Source: Octopus vulgaris
Lineage: Eukaryota
NCBI GenBank assembly: GCA_951406725.2
Contig: OX597835.1
Coordinates: 33,356,001-33,420,000 of the forward strand
Direction of reading: 5' to 3'
DNA: 64,000 nucleotides
Positions 40,561 through 54,949 of the stretch are shown here, piece by piece. Under the pieces are notes generated by a model. The model had not been told where the DNA came from and ran no database searches. It saw only the letters and a program-made list of their open reading frames with translations. Position 1 is the stretch's first letter. The number at the start of each line of letters is the position of its first letter. The position numbers and the translations under genes are program-made.

Positions 40561-41304
40561 CATTTAATGTTTTTGCAGCTCTAAATCCCCTTACGAGTGA
40601 ACGTTTCAGAACAGGGTGTGGATATAAAATTGACAAGTAAATAAGCAATCTATATTATATGGATTGCTATAAAACTCTATGGCAAAGAGAATAATGCACT
40701 TAAAGACCTCTTAGGTACTATAAAAACATTGAGTGATTACATCGGTACGAAGTTTGCTCTTGATAAATGTGCCAAGACCACTTTGCAGAAATGCGAAGAC
40801 ATCAAATGTAGCGGTGTTAGGTGTTCGCACAATTGTAAAAGAACTTGAACAAGAACAATCATAAGTACCGAAGATAAATGAAAGATCTGGCATTCATTAA
40901 GCAAATTTGAAAGAGATCGTAAAGCAATGTTATAGGTGAGTTTGAGCAGTCTTGAAATTTTAACTAAATGCACATAACAAGGTGTTAGCCATAAATTTCA
41001 TAGCAGTTCCATTCTATAGCTTCAAAGTGTTGAATTGGAGTATCAGTGAAATAAGGAAAGTTGACAGAAAAACACGTTAACCGCTGACTTGTAAAAATAT
41101 ACTACACCCAAAGTTAGACGTCGATTGTCTTTACCTTTCCAGAGCACAAGGAGTTCGAAGCTTGATACAATTTGAACTCTCTTACAAAATCCCCACAACT
41201 GGACAGACCAAATATCTTGAAACATCTAACGATTGGATGCTAAAACTCGTTCAAAAAGACGAGAGGCTTAAGAAGCTCGCGAAGGAGAGTGAAACGTTTG
41301 CATT

Positions 41305-42310
<1,006 letters not shown>

Positions 42311-42627
42311 TCAGGCTATATATTTATGTGAAAAATCACTTAATGTTCCTTTTTACAATATTCAATGAGAGACAGAAAATATGTTTATAGGTAAATTGAA
42401 TAAATTGAATAAATAATTCAGAAATTAAGCGAGGTGGCAGAATGCATAACGCTATTTCGTCCATCTTTACGTTCTCAGTTGAAATTCCATATTGCCTTTC
42501 ATTCTCTCGGGGTCGATAAATCAAGTACCAGTAAGACATTAGGGTCGGTTTAATCGTTTTTTACTCTCCTCGAATTTGCTGGCCTTGAGGCAAAAATTAA
42601 AACCAATGTATTCGAAATCACGGTAAT

Positions 42628-42820
42628 TTTTTTTTTTTAAAGATGTTCTTTTTACTTTTTTTTAAAAGATGTTTTTTTTTCTTTTTTTTAAAGATGTTTT
42701 TTTATATTTTTTTAAAATGTTTTTTTTTCTTTTTTTAACGATGTTTTTTTTTCTTTTTTTTTAAAGATGTTTTTTTTTTCTTTTTTTTTAAAGATTTTTT
42801 TTTCTTTTTTTTTTTAAATC
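42628..42820. repeat. Degenerate minisatellite, ~25-bp unit (T)n-AAAGATG-(T)n-C, ~8 copies
   Basis: ttttttaaagatgtttttttt recurring. Confidence 0.85.
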
Positions 42821-43496
42821 TGTATCTCCTATTTGTGTTAGTCATTGGACAACGTCCATTATCCGAAGTGCAATGTCATCTGGACGTGAGCAAGCCGAAA
42901 CAAGCAGTCAAGAGGTGGCAGGGACAAACACAAACACACACACATACACACGCACACACACGCAAAAACACACACGAACAAATACAACCTGTTTCTCCCT
43001 CACCAACATCTTCTACTGCTATACAAATACACATACGCACACATATACATACATATTATGTATATTCATAAATACATACATGCATATACAAATCTTTCTA
43101 TCTATCAATATATATATATATATATATATATATATGACAGGCTTCTTTCAGCTTCTGTCTACCACATCCATTTACAACGATTTGATTGGTCCAGATCTAG
43201 AGTAGAAGACACTAACCCAAAGTGTCACGCAATGGGATTGGATCCAGAACCATGTAGTTGAGCAACATTCTTCTTAGCAAGCAACTGCGCAAATATAATG
43301 TTTGTTAAATCCAGAGCATGTCAACTGAGATGGACAACCCTAAATCGAAAAAAGTCAATAATCCGTAAATTCTTTGGAAGTTAAATTCCAGAAAATCGAT
43401 GTTTTAGCGGTATATCGAAGCATTTATTTTTACTACATTTGGTCAGCTGAAACAAAGGGGACGGAAGGGAACAAGGATATAGTACATCATTTAGAG

Positions 43497-43737
43497 CAGT
43501 GGTTCTCAATAGGAGTCAATATGGCCCTTAGGGGTCCACATAAGATTTTGCTGCAAAAATTTATGTGCAATATATGCATAAAATATTTAGACAATTTTTT
43601 CCATACACTTCATAATAATATTTAATTGTTGAAATATAATGATTTTTTTATACATAGAATGTTAATTAGGGTTCAGCTGAGGTAGAGAAAATGGTAACAA
43701 GAGGGTGGGAATTGGCGAAATTGGTTGGGTATTACTG
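43497..43737. mobile_element. hAT (Charlie-like) MITE; partial relatives at ~33868-33990 and its mirror
   Basis: cagtggttctcaa ... ttgggtattactg; flanks atttagag / atctagaa resemble the NTCTAGAN target preference. Confidence 0.6.
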
Positions 43738-44275
43738 ATCTAGAATGTTCAGCTCCACTCTCACAAATCTGAGGGTTGCAGGTACATATTATTCACTTTG
43801 ATAAAATGCAGGTTCAGCTACAAAAATCTGCAGTTATTGGGGCCCAGTGTCGTCAAAGCTGTCAGGGGTTTTTTTAATCCTTAGAAACACTTGCATATAT
43901 AGATGTGTGCGTGTAACTTTACATTGAATGCGTGTATTTATAAGCTCTTAACAAAGTAAATAATATTGTTTTTCTCTTAGCGTAGCTGAGACGTAGAAGT
44001 GATAAAAATGTTCGATTTTCCTTCCTGTTGTGGAGGTGTGTGGCATACTGGTGGCGGTGATGCACTCATGATTGCGAGGTCATTGTTTCGATACCCAAGG
44101 GAATGTATGTATTCCTGCGATTATCGAAAGCATTAGAGCATTATTTAGGAAGTTGAAAGTCATGGCCGATCACAGATTGATGATTGGTTTCGTACCTATA
44201 AATCGCTTAGTAATATAGGTGCGAAATCAATGCTTCCTCTATGACCAGGCATAACTTTTAACTTCCTGAAGAACA

Positions 44276-44358
<83 letters not shown>

Positions 44359-44362
<4 letters not shown>

Positions 44363-44555
44363 AGATTTTACGAAAAAAACAAAAGACGAAGACAGGTGGT
44401 GTACAAAACAAACATATGTATTAGTATAACGCTCAGGAATAGAAAAATACTTTTACGTTTCGAGCGTACGCTCTTCTATAGAAAGGGACAAAGAAAAAAC
44501 AAGGAGAGAAATAAGGAGAGAAAAAATGTGTGTAGTGGCTAACGATCTATCATAA
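44359..44555 (-). mobile_element. Minimal-hammerhead short repeat inserted in a (TA)n tract (motif 44450-44485)
   Basis: Minus strand cttt-CTATAGA-a-gagc(gtac)gctc-GAAAC-GTA-aaag plus tail ttcctgagcgttatactaatac. Confidence 0.6.
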
Positions 44556-44788
44556 CACATATATATGTACATATATGACAGGCTTCATTCAGTTTCCGTC
44601 TACCAAAAACACTCACTAGGCTTTGGTCAGCCAGAGACACTTGCCCAAGGAGCCGCGTAGTGTGACTGAACCGGGAACCATATGGTGGGGAAGAAAGATA
44701 GATAGACACGAGTTCGACGAGCAGAATATTAGGTGGTTAAAAATTCAAAACTTGATGAATGAAATGTAACACAGAGACACGCGGACTT

Positions 44789-44843
<55 letters not shown>

Positions 44844-45002
44844 AACAATTAAAGATGTGTAAAGGACGCCGAAAACAGAAAAATGGAGAGAATAACGATG
44901 TTTGGAACAAGAAAAGAAACGATATTTGATTAAAGATTTGGAACATGTCTATCTTTTAATACCTGCTGTAGTTTTATATATGTGTGTATACATACATACA
45001 TA

Positions 45003-45060
<58 letters not shown>

Positions 45061-45076
45061 CCTATCTATCTATATA

Positions 45077-45123
<47 letters not shown>

Positions 45124-45594
45124 GCGTGTGTGTTTGGGAGTGCGTGTGTGTGCGTTTTATTGGAGTAAAAATTATCAAATAAACACATTCAACTGGCAAG
45201 TTTCTTTAGGTCACAGTAACATCGAACGTGACGAATTTATAGATATTAAATCCCTAATTTCACACACCTATTTATGTACATTAATATTAGACAGAAATAT
45301 ACAAACATGCACACAATATTGAACATATTCTACACGTAAACTATCAGATAAAGGAAAATAATCAGGATTTATATGGTATTTACTCCATTATTATTATTTT
45401 TTGTTGTTGTTAGAATTTATGAAATTTTTAATTAAATCTCATCATTAATAATCATGAGGCAAACATTATAATGCTGTAGAGATATCGTACATGCAGTCAT
45501 ACGTGTACATACATGTACACATATACACGCACACGTGCACAGACACACGTATATGTACGTGCGTGTGTGCGCGCGTGTGAATGTATGTATATTC

Positions 45595-45998
45595 TTTTAC
45601 TCTTTTACTTGTTTCAGCCATTTGACTGTGGCCATGCAGGAGCACCGCCTTTCGTCGAGCAAATCGACCCCAGGATTTATTTTTTGTAAGCCTAGTACAT
45701 ATTCTATCGGTCTCTTCTGCCGAACCGCTAAGTTACGGGGACGTAAACACACCAGCATCAGGTGTCAAGCGATGTTGGGGTGACAAACACAGACACACAA
45801 ACATAGACACATATACATATATATACATATATACGACGGGCTTCTTTTCAGCTTCCGTCTACCAAATCCACTCACAAGGCTTTGGTCGGCCCGAGGCTAT
45901 AGTGGAAATCACATGTCCAAGGTGCCACACAGTGGGACCGAACCTGAAACCATGTGGTTGGTAAGCAAGCTACTTACCACATAGCCACTCCTACGCCT
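45595..45998 (-). mobile_element. SINE family B, complete
   Basis: cttttactcttttacttgtttcag ... aagcaagctacttaccacatagccactcc. Confidence 0.9.
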
Positions 45999-46451
45999 AT
46001 GTATACAAGTATACGCATATATATGTTTGTGTATATATATATATATATATAAATGTTTGTTCTTATTTTCAAGCATAAAAACAATTTTACAATAATCTGA
46101 TATAAACTGATGGGTTATTCTATAGGTTTGTAGATTACAAACTTATTACTTAAACAAGAATGTTCTTCGCAGTGACTTCGAAGTTGCGTCCAGCTAACCC
46201 ATCGTCAGATTGTGATGCATTAGTTACTCCTTCCCCTCTCTATATTCTCTTTTGAGTTGGACATGTGCGATTGATTGGAGTGGCAATTAAGTTTTTTAGG
46301 GTTTGTTGTTATGGAGAGGTGTTTTGGAGAAATTTTTATCGATTATATTTTACGTTATATTACTTTTTATTCATGTATATAGATCTTGTTAAACAAGTTT
46401 ATAGGTATGTTATTTACATTTGACGGCTAATTGTTCTCATCTTTGTTGTTA

Positions 46452-46495
46452 ACTCAATATTTCGGCTGATATACACTCCAGCCTTCATCAGGCAT
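46452..46495 (-). ncRNA. Minimal hammerhead-like motif with weakened stem I
   Basis: Minus strand atgc-CTGATGA-a-ggctg(gagtgtatat)cagcc-GAAAT-ATT-gagt. Confidence 0.55.
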
Positions 46496-46499
46496 CACT

Positions 46500-46660
46500 T
46501 CGCAAGAGTTGCAGCTTTTCTTCGAATAGCTGAAAACGCGCCTGGAACGATGCATTGCTTCAAATGGAGAATACTTTGAAGGCGATAAAAGTGTAAATAT
46601 TTAAAAATGTATAAAAAATAATATTGTAAAATTCAGGTTTCTTTTGGGTACCCTCTCGTA
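46500..46660 (+). mobile_element. Mariner transposon 3' remnant (transposase C-terminus plus right end)
   Basis: Translation RLERCIASNGEYFEGDK, the typical mariner C-terminal motif; ends ttttgggtaccctctcgta. Confidence 0.7.
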
Positions 46661-47069
46661 TTTGTATAGACAAGTGCTTTGTGCTTTGATGTTTACAAAT
46701 GTATTTGGATAAAGTTTTTATGTCTATATGTTTCTCCCTTGATGTTTATTGTTCTATAAACAATTTGTTTCGTATTTAGAGATTTTAAACTTCGTGTTTG
46801 GTGGAATTGGAATTTGTTTGGTGTATCTTTAAAGAATTTCTTCTTGTACTGTTCTAGATAAATGCTACAGTGGGGCAGATGTTAAAGGTGTGTACATATT
46901 CCTGTAAAAAAATTGGGAAGGAAAATATAATCGAATTAAAAATAAGAAGTGTAAAAATTTCTGTGAACACGGCTCAACGATCTGTCAAAGATTTTGTTTA
47001 TACTGCAAAGGTCTCAGTTACCAACCACAAGACTAAGCTACCCAGAATGCACTGGCTTGTGATTACATG

Positions 47070-47275
47070 ACTATGCTCCTGCCTATCAACGTAGGTTCAA
47101 TAAACATACACAAAAAAAAGACCAAGGTTCCTGATCCAAACTAAGGACACAAAGAAGTGTATTCTCTACAAGAAAAAAGTAGAGATGGTCCAAAAAATAC
47201 TCAACGGAAGAAGCTCAGCTGTTTTCGGCTCCGACTTTGGAGTCAAAGGATCTATAATGCAATTCGTTCAATTTA
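47070..47275 (+). pseudogene. Possible Tigger/pogo transposase N-terminal HTH remnant
   Basis: Broken frame SLQEK/KVEMVQKILNGRSSAVFGSDFGVKGSIM. Confidence 0.4.
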
Positions 47276-47289
47276 CTAAGAGCGTGGTA

Positions 47290-47640
47290 AATCATTGAGC
47301 ACTGATTTATATAAATAATGGAATTATTGTATACAGTGCTCAGGTGCACAACAACTTGTCAAAAAGTGCGTATAAAGTATATGCAGTGATGTACAAATGT
47401 CTGGAAAGCGAACAGTGTATGAGTCAGATACATGCTTGTGTGTTGTATGGAGGGGGGAAAATCAGGTGTAGTGTTGGTGAATCTCAGGAAGCATGGAAGT
47501 TTTGAAGGATGCAGTACTCCGACAGCTAACAACTGATGCCGGCAGTTTGTTCCATACTTCAGCAACTCTTAGCGTGAAAAAATGTTTCCGAAAGTCTTGG
47601 GAGCTGCGCTGTTTTCTGACTTGGTAAACATGTCCACGGG
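47290..47640 (-). mobile_element. CR1/L2-group LINE 3' fragment (ORF2 C-terminus plus 3'UTR)
   Basis: Minus translation RGHVYQVRKQRSSQDFRKHFFTLRVAEVWNKLPASVVSCRSTASFKTSM. Confidence 0.8.
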
Positions 47641-49025
47641 ATATACGAGAATATTTTCATTGCAATTTTTTGTCGTGATTTTCATGTAGTTTAAGTCAAG
47701 TTCGTTGAAACAAATATACTCTACATTCTATGGAACTTAGCATTTAAATATTCGGTGTGACTTCTCTGGGGACTGTATAACTACCAGCTCATTTAGAATT
47801 TGTAGTTGTTGATGCTGTTCATTTTCTTCTTGTCATTTAAGATAGAATATAAATTTGGCCAATGTTATTGTTTACCAAACCATTTTCGATTTTCGCTAAA
47901 GAACTTTTCATTCATGATCTGTTTGTCAGTAAGTTATTACCTGTCACATGTTGCTGATGCTCTTCTGTGACCTTTAGCTATCAGATTGGCTGACCTTTAT
48001 CTTTCAATTTGTCTATGACCACTAACTTTTAGCTTTCTCTGACAAATAGTTATTTCAGCTGTTGTTTACTGCTATAAGTTCCCGTTCGTCAATCAGTAGA
48101 TAAAAGTCATTCGAAAAATATCTCGAAATAAAATACATACTCAAGGAACCTCATTAAGAGAAGCATAAATTTCGATGAGAGATACTCCCTTCCTCCAAAC
48201 AAAATGTTTAGGCTGTTAGAGCGGGAGATACCCTTTGTTAACAAACTTCAAAGAGATCTAAACTTAATAATCGTCATAAGATTGCTTGAAGTTAATTGAG
48301 ACCCATAATGAGACGGGTAGGTGCAGCAGTTTGGACGCTACCTATTTGGCACGGCGGACTAGATATTGAACCTGTTTTCGGGATAGTACTGGGGGCAACT
48401 ACACATACCCACGAGCGGGCAAAGCAATATACATACACTGATAGAAAGTGCAGAGACATAAACCCTTCTCCTCTTCTCACGCATTTAAACAGAAAGAGAG
48501 ATGGGAAATGAGAGAACAAGAAAAACATCAAACATGAGAGAAATAATAAAACGACTTATGTCAGCGACGAATGACAGACGCCATAAATGCAGTATCAAAA
48601 CGGCTGTATCATAAATTCTCATGATATATATCCGGAGTCGCTTTTTAATTAACGAAAGTAAAGATGTTCTAAGTTTAAAGATCGTTATAAAACTGTTTGA
48701 ACTTTATGGAAAACCGTGGCATCTATAATTTCGTTACAAATCATATTTGGTTCTAGTGCATTTGTGACCATTCTCATTTCCTGAGCTCCGCGAAAGTGAT
48801 GTAGTTTTGAAGGAAAGCAATTTTATGGAAAGGAAATCATTAATTTCCTTGTTATCGCTTCTACTCTTTTTTTCTATAACGGAATTTTTTTTTATTAAAT
48901 ATATCGAAAAGTTTCCATGCATCTAATTGAACGATATTATGGATGAGACACCGAGTGCATGAGTATATGATGAAACATTATTTTCTTTTTTTTCACAACA
49001 CATACTTGACAAGTATCACACGTCA

Positions 49026-49394
49026 CCCAGTCTGATATTCGAACCCGCGATCCCTCGACCGCGAGTCCGCTGCTCTAACCGCTAGGCCATGTGCCTCCAC
49101 AAAAGAAAATTTACATTAGCTAAAATAACCCAAGATATACTACGTCTGGCAAAATCCTCGAAAAGTCACAAGAGTTGTTGCATATTACTACACATTGTAA
49201 AAGTCTGATTTATACTGTATTGGCTTTAAATTTTAGCACAAGGCCAGAAAATTCGAGGAGGATGTATATCGATTACACCAACCCCAGTATTCAACACGTA
49301 CATATTTTGTGAACCCGAAAGCAAGAAAGGCAAATTTGGCTTCGGCGGGATTCGAAATCAGAACGTAGACGGGCGAAATGCCGCAAAGCATTTT
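49026..49394. repeat. Local direct duplication, copy 1 (SINE C head, unique spacer, SINE A); copy 2 at 51774-52098
   Basis: Unique block gctaaaataacccaagat..actacgtctggcaaaatcct.gaaaagtcacaagagttg shared. Confidence 0.9.
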
Positions 49395-49589
49395 ATACGC
49401 CGGCAAATATAGTAACACTTGATTTGCTCAAGCGGAAGATCTATTTATCTACTCCTGATCCTGGAAAGACATTGGTGTGGACTTAGTATGCCTGTGCCAA
49501 GATTAAATGGAAGGGCTCTATATTCATTCTATCATTTTTTATTTAATTGTTTTGGTCTATTTCCGTTTATTACTCTTCATATTACATTC

Positions 49590-49990
49590 TCACGGTTGTG
49601 TGTTTAAGAAGCTCGTTTTACAACCTCGTGGCTTTAGAATCAGTCCCATTGTGTCAGACCATGGGCAATTGTTTTGTACTATAGCTGAGTAGACGATCGA
49701 TGACCTGTGAGTGATTTTAGATGACGGAAACTATCATCTTTATGTGTATGCATCATTATATGTGTTTGTGTCTTCATACCTGTGTCTGTCATCGCCCCAT
49801 ATTGCCTGACAACTTCCGTTGGTTTGTTGAAGAACCCGTGAACCCGTAAATTAGTGGTTCGGCAAAAGAAACCAATACTAGTACCGGACTTTAAAACCAC
49901 ATAAACATTGGGTTCGATGTTTTAGATAAAAATTTTCATGACAGTCTCCCAATTTCACCGAACTCCAATGAATAAATCAAGGAAATTATA
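49590..49990 (+). mobile_element. SINE family B, old diverged copy
   Basis: ggttgtgtgtttaagaagctcg...ttagtggttcggcaaaagaaaccaata. Confidence 0.65.
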
Positions 49991-50179
49991 AAATAGATGG
50001 CATGGAAACCACAACTGCCTAAAGCATAGAATAAGATACTTTCCAAACGAAACGTGTAAGACAAATAGGGTGTTATATCGGAAATATCAATCGCTTACAG
50101 AATTTTTCTGAGAAAATAAACACATTCCAAAACACACCCGCATAAACTCGAAATAACATGTCGAAACCATATATATTTC

Positions 50180-50730
50180 TAATTTTTGGTACAAGAGCAG
50201 TAACTTTGAGCGGAGAAAACAATTGGATTACATCGACCCCGAAACGTGACTTGTACTTATTTTATTTTATCGAAACCGAACGAACGTAAAAAAAACGGAT
50301 GAAATGGTTCTCAACGTTTTGTCCGCCAGCTCGACGTCATACAAGTAACTGTTTCAAACTTTTAGTACAAGACCAGTAAGTTTAGGAGTGGGGGCGGTTA
50401 TTTGATTATTTAGACATCATTACTTGACAGGTACTTTATTTTATCAACTTCCGAAAGGATAAAAGATAAAGTTGACCTCAGCGGAATTTGAACTCAGATC
50501 GTAAAGCACTATTTTGTCTGACGCGCTAAAGACGTTTCCAACTCAACAGCATGCATCGAATCAGAATATTCTTTCTTATTTTCACTCAACACCAGCGATC
50601 CTGAGGGGGTGAGGCAGTCGATTAGCTCGACCCCGGGTTTCGACTTTTGTGGTTTGTTTTGCCAGCCGCGAAAGAATGAAACACAAAGTCGATTCGGCTA
50701 AATTTGAACTTAGAACGTAAAGAATCAAAG
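50180..50730 (-). mobile_element. Three diverged SINE family A fragments
   Basis: gaaaggataaaagataaagttgacctcagcggaatttgaactcaga and related blocks. Confidence 0.7.
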
Positions 50731-51554
50731 CAAAACACTGACGGTAATTAGTTGAACTGCACATCTTACAGAGTTCGACAGCGAAGTGCCATCATAGGAT
50801 CTCGGCCCCAGCCATATATTTTTTTAAAGTTACATTTTATTATTCTATCATAAAATGTAATGTTAAAATGTAATTGTAACAAATGACATTTAAAGGAATT
50901 GAGACATTCCTAAGACGCAAAAGGAACCAAAGGAATTAACATGCGATAACATTGGTCTTCTTAAAGAAAAAGTTATAAAACTGTCAGTGTAAATATAGTG
51001 GTGAGTTTTTTAGTTAAATTAGACATTTCAGATTATTTTATTTTACTAATTACATAACCATTTCTTTTAGGAATAGTTTCAGGTTAAAGAAACAAAAAAT
51101 TTATACTGAAAGTATTTCTGTTTTTTGGACTAATTATACATGGAAGCTTTCGATATTTGTTGCTATGGATATTAATTAAATTACTTAAACGCTACATATA
51201 TATTTTTTTATTCCACTCTAATTAATACCTATTACCTTCCTTAAAACATTTTTCAAACTCCAGTTTAATACAAAGAAAATAATTAAGATGAACTGCTTGA
51301 TGTAATATGAAGTAATTAGATCGATATGTGTTTAATTAAACACAAGAATCGGTTGTTTAGTTGCTTCTCTGTTCAAGATGTTTGTTCTTTTTTTTGTTTC
51401 ATTCTATTTATGTTTCTAAAGTCCCTTGAGAAATAATACGAATTAAAACCTTACCATGTCTCTGGCCACTTTCAGGCAATCAAATAAAATAAAACAAAAT
51501 TATGTTGTCTCTCGACTTGCTAAAGAATAGCAACGAAAATAAAATGTGTCTGTT

Positions 51555-51830
51555 CCTTCTCAAGCCATGCCTGGCTCATAGGGCCGGTCTCCCGGTTTCC
51601 TTGACGTATAGGTTCCCCACCTGGACAGGATGCCGGTCCGTCGCAGGTGAGCTGCAAGATGCAGGAGGAAAAAGTGAGAGAAAGTTGTGGCGGAAGAGTC
51701 AGCAGAAGTTCGCCATTACCTTCTGCCGAAGTCGCGTAGAGCTTAGGTGTTTTGCTCATAAACACACATATCGCCCAGTCTGATAATCGAACCCGCGATC
51801 CCTCGACCGCGAGTCCGCTGCTCTAACCGC
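51555..51830 (-). mobile_element. SINE family C with V-like tail
   Basis: Reverse complement of the 8725-8995 structure. Confidence 0.85.
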
Positions 51831-52149
51831 TAAAATAACCCAAGATACACTACGTCTGGCAAAATCCTTGAAAAGTCACAAGAGTTGTTGCATATTAGTA
51901 CACATTGTAAAAGTCTGATTTATACTGTATTTATACTGATTTATACTGTATTGGCTTTAAATTTTGTATATCGATTACACCAACCCCAGTATTCAACACG
52001 TACATATTTTGTTGACCCCGAAAGCAAGAAAGGCAAATTTGGCTTCGGCGGGATTCGAAATCAGAACGTAAAGACGGGCGAAATGCCAGAAGCATTTTCT
52101 CCGTTGAGGTAACAATTCTGCTAGCTCACCGCCTTCAAACGCTGATATA

Positions 52150-52382
52150 TATTTCTTTATTGCCCACAAGGGGCTTAACATAGAGGGGACAAACAAGGAC
52201 AGACAAACGGATTAAGTCGATAACATCATTCCCAGTGCGTAACTGGTACTTAATTTATCGACCCCAAAAGGATGAAAGGCACAGTTGACCTCGGCGGAAT
52301 TTGAACTCAGAACGTAGCAGCAGACGAAAAACCACTAAGCATTTCGCCTGATGTGCTAACGTTTCTGCCAGTTCGCCGCCTT
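52150..52382 (-). mobile_element. SINE family A, full-length
   Basis: tttctttattgcccacaagggg...gtttctgccagttcgccgcc; preceded and followed by ttcaaacgctgata (candidate ~14-bp TSD at 52134 and 52382). Confidence 0.9.
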
Positions 52383-52579
52383 TCAAACGCTGATACATAT
52401 TGGGGTTGTTGGCCTCTCGATGCTTCGACGAATGAGTCTACAGCAAGACGCTGTTTGTTGGACAATCTTCGTTTTGTGAACAACCTGCAAGAGGAATATA
52501 ATTATAGTGAGGAATGATTCACGCAGAGTTAGAGCTATCCCAGTCACTCCTTTGAGAATGTACAGATCTTGAGCAACAT

Positions 52580-52679
52580 NNNNNNNNNNNNNNNNNNNNN
52601 NNNNNNNNNNNNNNNNNNNNNNNNNNNNNNNNNNNNNNNNNNNNNNNNNNNNNNNNNNNNNNNNNNNNNNNNNNNNNNN
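52580..52679. other. Assembly gap (100 N)
   Basis: Run of n. Confidence 1.
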
Positions 52680-52953
52680 GCAGGACCTTTGGTTCGTATT
52701 CGGGGAGTGTTGGGTAAAGAATGCGAAGAATCAAATACAAAGTATAAATAGGAAGGTCAGAAGGGGTTTGAATGAGAAGCGCTCTAAAGTTTGTGGAAGT
52801 TTAACATGGTTGATCAAACGTATCATTCATGGCAACGTGAGTACACCCACACTCATACATATATACATTTATAGACATACACGCACATACACAGGTACAT
52901 ACATACATATATATATATATAAATACACACACACATATATGTATATATATATA

Positions 52954-54358
52954 TACTTTGATACTTTGATACTTTGATAGGTTTCGGCCATTATTGGCCC
53001 AGGCCATGTCCAACTTAATAGCACCACCTGGTGAAGTCTTTCAAGTCAGAATTTGGGCACTATGGCCCACTCAAGTAGAGAGTTATTGTTTACAGAGACA
53101 TATCCGGGTGTAGGGGGTTTATCCGGGATTTCTTGAAGGAATCTGTCCAAAGACTTCTTGAACCCTATAGGGTCAGTTTCTGTTTTAATGTGTTTTGGTG
53201 TAATGTTAAAGAGAGCGGGGCCAATTGAGGTGAAATAATTGTGCCGTATTGTTGTTATGAGATGAGAGTGCGATTTTTGTTTTGGGCGGATGGCACGGGG
53301 CCCAAGCCTTGGATGTACCTTAAAGGTGATGCCAACATCATTTGGGCAATGCTGATGGAATATTTTCCACATCATGCAGATGATGTAGCGCTCACGACGA
53401 CGTTGGAGAGAATAAAGTTTTAGCTTTTCTAGTCGACCCCAATAGTCGAGGCCTGTCATGCCATCTATCTTTTTTGTGATTGCCCTTTGAGGTGCTTCAA
53501 CTTTTATGATACCTTGTATTGTGTGGGGAGACCACAGTGGACAACAGTATTCAAGGTGGGGTCGGGCAAAAGTGGAGAAGAGAAGGATAATGGTGTGGAT
53601 ATCTCTCGACTGGAAAGTTCTGAGAATCGAGGAACACATTCTGCGGGCCATGTCAACTTTGGTGTTTATATGAGTGGCCCAGCTTATGTTGTTGTCCACA
53701 ATTACTCCCAAGTCTCTGATGTTGTTGGACGCCGCGAGAGTTTCACCTGAAGGAAGGGAGTATGGGAGTTTCAGGGCATCCTCTTTTCCAAAGTGGATTA
53801 ACTCAAATTTATCCTCGTTCAGCAGCATATTGTTTTTTTTCTGCCCATTGGATAACAGCCAGTAGATCTGACTGAAGGCATGTCCGGTCACTCGCCTCAT
53901 TTATGACCTTCTGTAGCTTGGAATCATCTGCAAAAATTTTTATGTTGCTGTGCTTGATGATGTCATTAATGTCATTAATGTAAATGATGAAAAGAAGTGG
54001 GCCCAGCACAGTGCCTTGCGGAACGCCACTACTCACTTTGGCTGGGCTTGATTTTACCCCTTCAACTACAACATGTTGAGATCTGTCTGTCAGGAAACAC
54101 TTGACCCATTTCAGTAACTTTCCAGAGACACCAATGTTGGATAGTTTTTTTCAATAGGATCTTGTGATCGACCCTGTCGAAGGCCTTACTGAAATCGAAG
54201 TAGATGACATCGGTGTTGGAGCCCTCTCCCAAAGCTCTCAAAATGTCATCAAACTGATGCAGGAGCTGCGTTAGGCAGTCCCTTCCATTACGGAACCCAT
54301 GTTGGTTGGAGATCAGCCGTCTGTTGCTTTCCAGAAATTGGGTTATTCGAGATCTCAC
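52954..54358 (-). mobile_element. Young 5'-truncated LINE (CR1/L2-group), RT domain to 3' end with (ATCAAAGT)3 tail, inserted in (TA)n
   Basis: QHGFR, DFSKAFDRVDH, SGVPQGTVLGPLLF, IFADD, RDLGV, RPHLEY..PLWSP motifs; stop at 53046; two +1 frameshifts in A-runs. Confidence 0.92.
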
Positions 54359-54382
54359 CATATATATATATAAAAGAGAGAA

Positions 54383-54441
<59 letters not shown>

Positions 54442-54949
54442 TGTATATACATATAGATATACATACCTATATACATGTATAGAGAGAGAGAACGAAAGAG
54501 AGTGAGAAATTAAGATGATCTAATTAGTTTCATTCGCAAAATATAAACCCCCTTTAATTTTGTTCGGATTGCTTTCAATTTTGCTGTATCGATGCAACTC
54601 TGAATTTTGATTACGATCAACCAAATACTTCGTCTTGTAAATTAAAGAATCTGATGCTATTTGGAATTAAACTTGGGAAATTTTAGTATATATGTGTGTG
54701 TATGTATATATGTATAAAGAAATGTGTGTATTTTTCCATTGTTAACAATTAACACGGAAAGATATGTAAATAGTCAACAGGTTAGAAAAAATATTTTAAA
54801 TATTCGAAACGTACACCTCTTTCTATAGGTTACCTTTGACGTTATATCCTATAACGTTTTTTTGAAACAATCTTACTAGCGGTCAGTTAGTCACTATATA
54901 TATCCATCATTTTATGTTAAAATGTCTTATTGACGAGTGTCATTTCTTC

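Noticed and set aside
42628-42820. Regularly spaced short repeats resembling a CRISPR array
   Set aside because: Spacers are poly-T, the context is eukaryotic and there are no cas genes; it is a minisatellite
46160-46215. Minus-strand CTGACGA-t-gggtt..aactt-c-GAAG
   Set aside because: GAAG instead of GAAA and no convincing stem I/III; at most a very decayed relic
52980-53005. ggcc-loop-ggcc-GAAAC in the LINE 3'UTR resembling half a hammerhead
   Set aside because: No CUGANGA upstream; better explained as the LINE 3' stem-loop
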